Both the position numbers and the translations under genes were made by a program. This document shows positions 8,841 to 17,059 of a DNA stretch of 64,000 nt, in pieces; within the stretch, counting starts at the first letter, position 1, and each line of letters opens with the position of its first letter. Source of the DNA: a virus; the IMG/VR virus record IMGVR_UViG_3300022554_000002, positions 64,001-128,000 of that record. The stretch is one strand, 5' to 3'. The notes under the pieces were generated by a model that saw only the letters and a program-made list of their open reading frames with translations, ran no database searches and was not told the DNA's origin.

Positions 8841-9230
8841 TTAACCCTTCTTGTAAAATCTGGTTGTGGCTACATGATAGCCTTCGTTTAAAGCCTCTAA
8901 ATCTTTATTTAAATCATGTGAATCTTCTGGATGCCTGATAATCTCAAAAGCAACAGCAACATCTAAAATCTTTTCTGGAATTTGTGCTAATACTTCAAAA
9001 ATAGTTGGTTTAAAAAATCCATAATAAGACCATGAATGATACGTTTTAAAATCACCACAAGGAATAATACCTTTTGCCTCTGTTGTAAATTCAGCACTCC
9101 ATGTATAAGCCACACTGTACAAATTAACAGGTTTAATATACATTAAAACATCATTGTGCATAATTACAGGTTTTATAATCTCTGCTCGTCTGTTAATTTC
9201 TTCTTTTGATACTATTGGAATATATTTCAT
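8841..9230 (-). CDS. hypothetical protein
   Basis: 129-aa ORF coupled to neighbours. Confidence 0.65.
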   Translation of the reverse strand: MKYIPIVSKEEINRRAEIIKPVIMHNDVLMYIKPVNLYSVAYTWSAEFTTEAKGIIPCGDFKTYHSWSYYGFFKPTIFEVLAQIPEKILDVAVAFEIIRHPEDSHDLNKDLEALNEGYHVATTRFYKKG

Positions 9231-9532
9231 TAATTAGACTCTCCTGCAAGCCACTCTGGTACGTCCACCATATCTACTACTGTACCTTTTTTATCATGCC
9301 AGCAATCACCACAATAATGAATCTTACCCTTAGTCATAATTAAATGACACCTGCTTGATGCATGATTCTGATTACACAACAAAGATGGTGTAAATGTTGG
9401 TAATTCCATATTTCCATCAAAAATCCAAGGTGGAGTAGTGTAAGCATGAGCCTCATTACAACCGGGACACCAGAACCAAAATTGATACCCCTCTTTGTCT
9501 CCGTCCTTAAAATGATGTTTTACTATTTTCAC
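9230..9532 (-). CDS. DUF6527-like Cys/His-rich protein
   Basis: WFWCPGC..AH, W.FDGN...PTFTPSLL, CH, YCGDCWH. Confidence 0.7.
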   Translation of the reverse strand: MKIVKHHFKDGDKEGYQFWFWCPGCNEAHAYTTPPWIFDGNMELPTFTPSLLCNQNHASSRCHLIMTKGKIHYCGDCWHDKKGTVVDMVDVPEWLAGESN

Positions 9533-11295
9533 TTCTTACTACCTTTCAACACACTAAGAAAATCTTCTGTCTCAATCAACTCTTCATCAGGATTCACAAC
9601 CTGATTCACAAAGCTTTCTTTTCTCTCTAACAGTTTACGAACCCATTCATCTACCGTGTCCTCACAGTTAAGTACAATCAGGGTTGACGTACCTTTTGCA
9701 TCACGTCTTTGAATTCTTCCTCTCGATTGTGTTAGAGTTAGAAGAGACAACGGTTCATCTAAGTAGATAGCCGTTCTAGCTATACCCAAATTTGAACTGG
9801 CAGAGATTTCATCGTCTAAAATACTTGCGAGAATCCTACAACCTGACTTGGGATTTATAAAATCTTCAATATTCTTACTTCTCTGCTGCATTGTAAGACC
9901 ATTCGCAATACCGGCATTCAAAGCAGCACCATAACCCTCTGAATACTTGTTAACTACCATATCCAATGCTGGTCTAAATGAAGACCACACTATCACCTTC
10001 TGCTTTTTATCATCTAGAATCTCAGATAACAAAGCATCTAACGCTTCAAACTTTGCTGACTTCTGTGTTTCACCTAATAAGAATGGATGAACTAAATACT
10101 GTCTCAACCGTAAAGTCTTGGTAATAATAGAGTTAAGGTGTAATGCCTTCTCTGGATTTGCAGCTATTTCCTTGTATGTTTCTTCCTTAATTCTATCATA
10201 TACTGCACGTTGTTCCTCACCAAGTTCTGTCTTATGAATAGTCAACATCGTTTCAGGGAAACCTTCAACGTCATCGTGTGTTTTTCTAAAAGTCCACATA
10301 TCTACCAAATACTTTAATTGTTCAAGATTCTTGTAACCTTTAATAATCGGTACTTTCTGTCTTCGGCCTTTTGGCTTGATTAAAATCTTCTTACAAAAGT
10401 AATTTTCAAACCGTGTCTTCGCTGGAACCACCAAAGGATTCAAAATCTTAAGAATACTATAGACTTCAATTGGTCGTTCAGCTACCGGAGTACCTGTCAA
10501 TGCATAACGGTACTTTGGTTTCCACGAATCTACAATTGCATGTATAGCCTCTGACCGTTTAGCATTCATATTCCTAAAGATATGTGCTTCATCTAAAACT
10601 ACAAAGTTGATCGGCAGTGCACACAAAGAACCTACAACCAACTCAGACAACAAACAATCGTAGTGTACAACCAGAAGGTCTTGAGTAAAGTTGTCAATGT
10701 CTTCCATCACCTTCTCAGTACCATTACGAATAATCTTATAGGTGTAATTAGTGTGCTTTATAATCTCGTTCTTCCAAGTCAGCTTACCATTATTGGTTAC
10801 AAAGATAATACCTGCTGCCACCTTTTTCTGATTATGTAAGATATTGTACGCTGACAATGCTGATAATGTCTTACCAATGCCGACTGAACAGGCATTAATA
10901 CCCTGTTCACGAAACAATAGGAAAGAAGTAGCTGACTTCTGATCAAAGAATGGTACTGATCTTAAATTAGGATTAATCTGGTCATTATACTTACCATTTT
11001 TGTAATTATCTATCTCTGATCGTAAAACAATATACTTCTTACAAATATCCAATGCCATATCTGAATAATTAAAATTAATCGGAACATTGGAAGTATTTAA
11101 CAAACTACGAAGAATGAAAAAATCACAAATAGAAGATGTATACTTTCCATCCCTACCGATTTTGAAAGTCAACAATCCCTGCAACATGGCAAGGATTGTT
11201 GGACTATCATGCTGCTCCTGTTGATATGTAATGGTACAATGTTCAGGAGAAACTATGAATTGTTGTATTTCCTGCTTAATATCAATAATCATCAA
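9529..11295 (-). CDS. SNF2-family helicase/ATPase
   Basis: Motif I VGIGKT, II DEAH, III TGTP, VI QSRGRIQR. Confidence 0.88.
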   Translation of the reverse strand: MMIIDIKQEIQQFIVSPEHCTITYQQEQHDSPTILAMLQGLLTFKIGRDGKYTSSICDFFILRSLLNTSNVPINFNYSDMALDICKKYIVLRSEIDNYKNGKYNDQINPNLRSVPFFDQKSATSFLLFREQGINACSVGIGKTLSALSAYNILHNQKKVAAGIIFVTNNGKLTWKNEIIKHTNYTYKIIRNGTEKVMEDIDNFTQDLLVVHYDCLLSELVVGSLCALPINFVVLDEAHIFRNMNAKRSEAIHAIVDSWKPKYRYALTGTPVAERPIEVYSILKILNPLVVPAKTRFENYFCKKILIKPKGRRQKVPIIKGYKNLEQLKYLVDMWTFRKTHDDVEGFPETMLTIHKTELGEEQRAVYDRIKEETYKEIAANPEKALHLNSIITKTLRLRQYLVHPFLLGETQKSAKFEALDALLSEILDDKKQKVIVWSSFRPALDMVVNKYSEGYGAALNAGIANGLTMQQRSKNIEDFINPKSGCRILASILDDEISASSNLGIARTAIYLDEPLSLLTLTQSRGRIQRRDAKGTSTLIVLNCEDTVDEWVRKLLERKESFVNQVVNPDEELIETEDFLSVLKGSKK

Positions 11296-11667
11296 TTATT
11301 CTTTAACAAATCGACCCTTTGAATCTCTTTTCTGCTTTTTTTCATCAACAAGGTCTATTTGATCAACCTTTGAAAACTGACTCTTTCTATTTGTAAGCTT
11401 TGTTCGTGGTTTTACTACTTTTACATTAGTTACAGCTAATTCATAAACTGATTTAATAGTTGGTCCATATGAATTTTTAGCCTTACTAAATTCACTTTTA
11501 CCCCGCTTCTTTATTTTAATTTTTACTTCTGACTGAGCACCACCAGTCATTTTGAGAAAACCAATTAATGTTTTCTCAAATGCTTCCATTGCCTTTTTTC
11601 GTTGATTCTCAAGATCATCAACATTGTGTTTCTTACTACTTGTCATCATTCTTCTCCTTGTAAACAA
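11296..11667 (-). CDS. basic hypothetical protein
   Basis: 123 aa, Lys-rich, ends RDSKGRFVKE. Confidence 0.6.
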   Translation of the reverse strand: MFTRRRMMTSSKKHNVDDLENQRKKAMEAFEKTLIGFLKMTGGAQSEVKIKIKKRGKSEFSKAKNSYGPTIKSVYELAVTNVKVVKPRTKLTNRKSQFSKVDQIDLVDEKKQKRDSKGRFVKE

Positions 11668-11873
11668 AGGTATTTATGTTTCGCACCCCAAAATTGCCAT
11701 ACATCATCATTTTCATCTACGAACATGTAGGAGACACTTACTCCAAAATCAGTCGTTACAGAAAGCTTTTTAATTTGTTTAATCTTGTAACCAATTAAAT
11801 AACCTCTTGAATCACCCTTAAAGATGGTATCACCAGCTTTAATATCATCAATATCCTTCATTACAAAGTTCAT
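11646..11873 (-). CDS. hypothetical protein
   Basis: 75-aa ORF overlapping neighbours. Confidence 0.55.
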   Translation of the reverse strand: MNFVMKDIDDIKAGDTIFKGDSRGYLIGYKIKQIKKLSVTTDFGVSVSYMFVDENDDVWQFWGAKHKYLCLQGEE

Positions 11874-12325
11874 AGCCCACCACGTACCAATTTAGTCAAA
11901 TACTCATCAGAATCCTTCTCATTTGAGAAAATAATATCTGCTGCCTCAAGAACAAAAGCGTGTCGATGAATATTATCTTCTTCCATAGCAAGAATGGAAT
12001 GCTTGCCAAAATGGGATGCCCATGCCAACTCCATCACAGAACCAATAGATACAGCCTTACAACCAACAAAACTCGCGTACACAATGTCTGCTGAAGCTAC
12101 CATCCACTTATCACGCTCATAAATAGCATGATTTGTAGATGCTGGATGCTTATCATAACCATGTGCACGAAGTGCTAATTCATTACGAAGATAGTTCTTA
12201 CCTGTCATTGGACAAAGAACATCCAAACCCAAATAATTCTTACAAAAATCAACCTTGGTATTGTAATAAGCCACAACCTCTTCATACGATAATCCACTAA
12301 TGGGATGGATCAAATAAATCTTCAT
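11870..12325 (-). CDS. nucleoside 2-deoxyribosyltransferase-like protein
   Basis: KIYLIHPI, RDKWMVASADIVYA, SIGSVMELAWA (family GT..E.G.A motif with catalytic Glu). Confidence 0.75.
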   Translation of the reverse strand: MKIYLIHPISGLSYEEVVAYYNTKVDFCKNYLGLDVLCPMTGKNYLRNELALRAHGYDKHPASTNHAIYERDKWMVASADIVYASFVGCKAVSIGSVMELAWASHFGKHSILAMEEDNIHRHAFVLEAADIIFSNEKDSDEYLTKLVRGGL

Positions 12326-12738
12326 TTCTTTTTCTCCTTGTCCACTTTAACCTCTTCCACACACTGTTCCAAATAACCCTGTAATGCTTCCATATTCTGT
12401 TCAGTAAAATTTGCACGAACACTAGATGGAGGTAAAGTATTGGTATCCACAAACTTAATAAAGAAAAAACATGCTTTTACAATTGCGGAAGGAATCTTAT
12501 CTTCTAAATCACTTCGGTTATCCGCGAACCAATCTAAAGCAACAGTTTCCAAACTTCTAGTTTCCAACTTCTCAGTTAAATCGTCATTCCACTTCTTCCA
12601 ATCCTTCTCTGTGGAAAATTCTGCCACGTAAGCCTTTGCGGCTTTATAAATACCATCCTTATACTTACTCCACACATCTACCTTATCACTGCCGAAAACG
12701 CTGATAGACAAAAGAAGTAAAGGTAAAAGCTTTAGCAT
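12322..12738 (-). CDS. secreted/periplasmic hypothetical protein
   Basis: N-terminal MLKLLPLLLLSISVFG resembles a Sec signal peptide. Confidence 0.65.
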   Translation of the reverse strand: MLKLLPLLLLSISVFGSDKVDVWSKYKDGIYKAAKAYVAEFSTEKDWKKWNDDLTEKLETRSLETVALDWFADNRSDLEDKIPSAIVKACFFFIKFVDTNTLPPSSVRANFTEQNMEALQGYLEQCVEEVKVDKEKKK

Positions 12739-12787
12739 TCATTCTCCAATCATATATAGAATATCCCACATGGATACTCTTATGAAG

Positions 12788-12815
12788 ATTATACTGACTC
12801 AGTTGGATTTGTCAA
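12788..12815 (-). promoter_or_regulatory. sigma70-type promoter TTGACA-N16-TATAAT
   Basis: minus strand cTTGACA aatccaactgagtcag TATAAT in the intergenic gap. Confidence 0.8.
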
Positions 12816-12822
12816 GCGAAAA

Positions 12823-14412
12823 TTAATTACTTTGAGAAGTGTAATATGTAACAATTTCACCAAGCAAGACTGTTGTTCCAGATGCATAGGATATTGGTGC
12901 AGTCATTGTTAATTCTAAATCAAATGGATAATTAGGTGCTAAATTGGTTTGATCAATACCACTTATGGTCATGTATAATGAGCCTTCACTTCCTGACACA
13001 ATGTGCAAATTTGCACCTTGGTATGGAGTCCACGCATTGCCAGCAGCATCTATAATTCTGGCAGTTAATTTTGGGTGTTTATAATAGTAATAAAGACCAT
13101 TATGCATTACTTTATGGTGAACTTCAATCTTATCCAATTTATCATAACCTTGTGGCATATATTGTCTTATAAATATTTTCATATTAGGAGATTGTACATA
13201 AGTAGCACCACGATATCCAGTATTGAATTCACGTCTCAACGTTGGTCCATTTTCCAAGTCAGTATTATAAATAACCCTATCTAATGAATCACCATATGGT
13301 GTTGGTTGGAATGCCTGTCCATCATATTTAGGGAACAATGATGATGTGCCTTCGGCTAAATCCAATAAAGCATGCGTGTGATAAGCAGAACCGCCGGACA
13401 GAGAAGTTTTGCTTATTAATTTTGCTAATATATATGGATAGACACCATCCATCGTAATTCCGCTACCCAAACTAATATCATCATGGAATGAAGAGCCAGA
13501 AACAGACAAACCAGAATAGGTAACAGAACAATTACCAATAACGGCTAAATTAGAAATAGTATATTCATTTTGATGCATTAAACCATTTGGAAAACTTCCA
13601 GATAAAATATTACCTGATATACCAGAAGCAATAATTTCGCAACCGACCCCAAGCGTTGCTGTTGTTTCATACGTAATACTATTTTTGTACAATATATTCG
13701 GCTGTCCTGATGCAACACTGGAATCCCAATTAAACTGATTAATAATTTCCAATCCTGACGTATTCAAATACTGTTGATTTAAAATAAGACCATGCGGGTC
13801 TTGCCCATTAAATACGTGGTCTGAAACAATGGTAAAAGGTGTCTTATTAACTGGATTTAAGTTAATTCCAATACCTGACGTAAATGTGGCATATAATACA
13901 CTTCTATTATCTGGTGGATTTGGATTGTCTACCGTAAACTGTGCTGTGACATCTCTGAAAGCAATTGAACTCTTGTACCCAAAATTACTTTCTCCTTCTT
14001 CGACCAATGACAACCACAACCAATTAGAACCTGTCTGAGACAATCCAGACCATGATATCTCAGTTCCAATTTGATCGAATCCAACAACAATATTATTAAT
14101 AATTGCTAAAGGATATGTGGCTTTAACAATCAACATATTTGCTGCGTGATTATGTGCTTCTTCAGCAATGCCGTCTGTAGCCATAAAACTGAGTCTGCCA
14201 TGAGTTCTTAACAGACCAACCAACGTATTCTCAATAATTGTAGCTTTTGTCTTTTCATCTTTAGATGAGCGTTTATATGTTCCGTCTGGTAAAATATTAC
14301 CTGCTTCTAGATATGGAAGATTATAAACGGGTGTCTTACCCATGTAATAAAATGGGGTTAAATCAGGTCTTGTACCTAAACCACTTAGTAATGAACCAAC
14401 ACCAGAAATCAT
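12823..14412 (-). CDS. tail fibre/tail-tip protein, paralogue of 15273..17057
   Basis: Shares DH...DPHG.ILNQ, SG.T.DG..P and HTH(A/V)L motifs with the upstream paralogue; S/G/N-rich beta composition. Confidence 0.6.
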   Translation of the reverse strand: MISGVGSLLSGLGTRPDLTPFYYMGKTPVYNLPYLEAGNILPDGTYKRSSKDEKTKATIIENTLVGLLRTHGRLSFMATDGIAEEAHNHAANMLIVKATYPLAIINNIVVGFDQIGTEISWSGLSQTGSNWLWLSLVEEGESNFGYKSSIAFRDVTAQFTVDNPNPPDNRSVLYATFTSGIGINLNPVNKTPFTIVSDHVFNGQDPHGLILNQQYLNTSGLEIINQFNWDSSVASGQPNILYKNSITYETTATLGVGCEIIASGISGNILSGSFPNGLMHQNEYTISNLAVIGNCSVTYSGLSVSGSSFHDDISLGSGITMDGVYPYILAKLISKTSLSGGSAYHTHALLDLAEGTSSLFPKYDGQAFQPTPYGDSLDRVIYNTDLENGPTLRREFNTGYRGATYVQSPNMKIFIRQYMPQGYDKLDKIEVHHKVMHNGLYYYYKHPKLTARIIDAAGNAWTPYQGANLHIVSGSEGSLYMTISGIDQTNLAPNYPFDLELTMTAPISYASGTTVLLGEIVTYYTSQSN

Positions 14413-14413
14413 T

Positions 14414-15271
14414 TTAAACCCCCATTAAAGCTGTTTGAATAGTCAGATGTGCATTAGTAATATCTGTTGATTCAACAGTATAAAACAAGTGCTCACCAGC
14501 AGTTAGCAAATCATTATACACTGGCAAAAAGAAACTATAAAAACCTAATGGTACTGTTAAAGCAGATTCAAATAGTTTAGTTATTAAACCACTACTCCCT
14601 ACTTTATATAATGCAACTGATACCTCTCCTTCTGCATCATTATTTTCAAATACAGCCATAGCATTACCTACCTTGGAAATACCACTTAATATAGGAATAG
14701 GTACATCAACCATTCCTACTGCACATGTTGCAATTTTCCTTACATAATCAATTGTTCTTGTAAATCCAGAACCAGTACCATAATACTTACCTACGCCACG
14801 CACAACAGGATTTAACGGTTGTGCTGGAATCGAAACATCTGGTCCATAATAATATGTCATAGACCATGAATTTAATACTCCTGTAAAATCAGACCAATTA
14901 TAAATAGATAAAACCCAATTAATCGTGGAAGAATTTTTTATCAATGAAACCCAATTAGATAACGGATATGCATAAACCTCTCTATTGGTTGGGTATGTAA
15001 TATCAACTAAATAAAGATTACCATGATAACTATTATGCAAACATGTTATATTGTCCAATTCAGTAATAGTATCTGGCCCAACAAAAATATTAAGATTTTT
15101 AGAGCCATCAGATGGTGGGGTTACAGATAACGTAAGGTAAACATTTGAAAGAGTATCAATACTGATATCTGTTGGTACATCAATAGACAGAGTACTCTGT
15201 GTCAAAGTAGGAATTGACCCTACACCTATTGATTTTGGTACATCTATGGAACTAAATGATCTTTCTGGCAT
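14414..15271 (-). CDS. virion protein with proprotein-convertase P-domain-like N-terminus
   Basis: Beta-sandwich pattern ending NWVLSIYNWSDFTGVLNSWSMTY, resembling the W.L...D...G.L..W.L.F P-domain signature. Confidence 0.5.
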   Translation of the reverse strand: MPERSFSSIDVPKSIGVGSIPTLTQSTLSIDVPTDISIDTLSNVYLTLSVTPPSDGSKNLNIFVGPDTITELDNITCLHNSYHGNLYLVDITYPTNREVYAYPLSNWVSLIKNSSTINWVLSIYNWSDFTGVLNSWSMTYYYGPDVSIPAQPLNPVVRGVGKYYGTGSGFTRTIDYVRKIATCAVGMVDVPIPILSGISKVGNAMAVFENNDAEGEVSVALYKVGSSGLITKLFESALTVPLGFYSFFLPVYNDLLTAGEHLFYTVESTDITNAHLTIQTALMGV

Positions 15272-15272
15272 T

Positions 15273-17057
15273 TTATATCCTGTAGGCTATTAATTGCACT
15301 GAAGCATCCTGTGAACCAGATGCAATACTATCAATTGATACTGAAATAATATCATTTGCATTAATGGTTTTGTTATAAATAGTTTTAGTATCAGTCTGGA
15401 AACTTGCACCACTGTCACTAAAATTAATAAATGGCTTTTCAGTACCAGCCAAAATATTTGTTGGTGTAGCTCCAATTGCTCCTGTATTCAATGAGAAAAT
15501 AGAAACACCAGACAATCCAACACCCTGTGTAGCAATAACCTTATCAATTCTTAATGCATATGGTGTAGAACGTAAGGCATCCCAATTAGCTTCTGGTGCT
15601 GTTACTGCACCCGCTTGACTCCACTCAAACTGAATACGTTCACCAATAGTAGGAACATACCAAATATTAATATCACCCAAATACGCATGAACACCTGAAA
15701 CAGTCCATAATCTGTTTGTTATTGTGATTGGTTGACCAGCAACCAAATTACCACCAGAGAAGTAAAGAGTTGTGTCAATAATACCACTGCTGGATAACTG
15801 TGCTGGCGTAGATGTAATAATTAGTGGTGTATTGTCCTTGTCAGCAATTGTAAGATTAATATTATTACCAGATAAAACATCACCCATACCATGTCGCACA
15901 ATAACACGATCTAGTCTGTCAAAATCCATTGGTAATCGAATCTTGGTTTGAGTAAATGCAGCAGTACCAGAAGTAGCCCTTGGGAACCAATCATACATAT
16001 TATCTTCATAAACACGAACAGGTGCAAATACACCATAAATACCGGAAGTGGCACCACCAGAAAGAACTGTATTTCTATATTCTGGACTTAGATTAATCGT
16101 CTTAAGATTGACGCCTAATGAACCCAATACGTGTGTGTGTAATGCATCTGCATTGCTACCATCAATCAATCCAATACCTACACTTGGATCAAAACCATCA
16201 ACAGTAACACCAGAGGCAAGTTCCATATTCTTTCTAAATAAAGATTTAGAATATACGTCTAGCCCTGAGTAAATTTCAGCAGTACTTGCAGTTAAACTAT
16301 CACATTTCAAATTTTGAATAATCATTTCATTAAATGTAATATTACCAAACAAAACAACGTCACCAGATAATGTAAAGTTTCCAAGAACTGTCAAGTTACC
16401 AGAAATTAAACCATTACCGGAAATTAGAAGATTATCAACCTCTAAAGCCCGATAATATAAATATCCTAGGACATTAATACCGGAACAAACCACAAATGAC
16501 TGATTTAATATTGATCCATGTGGGTCTTTATTATCCGCAATGTGATCACCCAAAATTGGAATATTAATACGACCCAAAGGATTCTTATCAACAATAGATG
16601 ATCCCGGCTCATCCAAATACATTGTAGCAACTAATACTGCATCTTCTGGTATCAACCCTGTTGTATTGGCACCAGTTAAAACTTTCTTATGAAGACGTGT
16701 TGAAACAGTTGAATTCTCTACTAATTGAACATATAAGTAATAAGTATTACCATTAACCAAACCATCCCATGACAATGCCTCATCACTATAAAAATAAATC
16801 TGATTAATAAAACCTTCTACTGCGGGTTTTCCTTCAGCCTTGACTTCTGTTAGAATTGCCTTGTAATTTAAACCAGAAGCTACCAATGACCAATTACCAG
16901 AACGAACAATTCCATGTCCACCTGAATGAGCACGAACACCACCATATAATTCATTCTCTATAATACGAGCAGTACGAAAATCCTCATTTGGAGAAATGTA
17001 ATCTCCAAGTGCAGGAGTTCTCAGCTTATAAACACTAGTTTCATTTCCGTAATCCAT
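15273..17057 (-). CDS. tail fibre/tail-tip protein
   Basis: Repetitive ISGN/VLGN beta segments, DALHTH motif, position after the hub-like gene. Confidence 0.6.
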   Translation of the reverse strand: MDYGNETSVYKLRTPALGDYISPNEDFRTARIIENELYGGVRAHSGGHGIVRSGNWSLVASGLNYKAILTEVKAEGKPAVEGFINQIYFYSDEALSWDGLVNGNTYYLYVQLVENSTVSTRLHKKVLTGANTTGLIPEDAVLVATMYLDEPGSSIVDKNPLGRINIPILGDHIADNKDPHGSILNQSFVVCSGINVLGYLYYRALEVDNLLISGNGLISGNLTVLGNFTLSGDVVLFGNITFNEMIIQNLKCDSLTASTAEIYSGLDVYSKSLFRKNMELASGVTVDGFDPSVGIGLIDGSNADALHTHVLGSLGVNLKTINLSPEYRNTVLSGGATSGIYGVFAPVRVYEDNMYDWFPRATSGTAAFTQTKIRLPMDFDRLDRVIVRHGMGDVLSGNNINLTIADKDNTPLIITSTPAQLSSSGIIDTTLYFSGGNLVAGQPITITNRLWTVSGVHAYLGDINIWYVPTIGERIQFEWSQAGAVTAPEANWDALRSTPYALRIDKVIATQGVGLSGVSIFSLNTGAIGATPTNILAGTEKPFINFSDSGASFQTDTKTIYNKTINANDIISVSIDSIASGSQDASVQLIAYRI

Positions 17058-17059
17058 GA

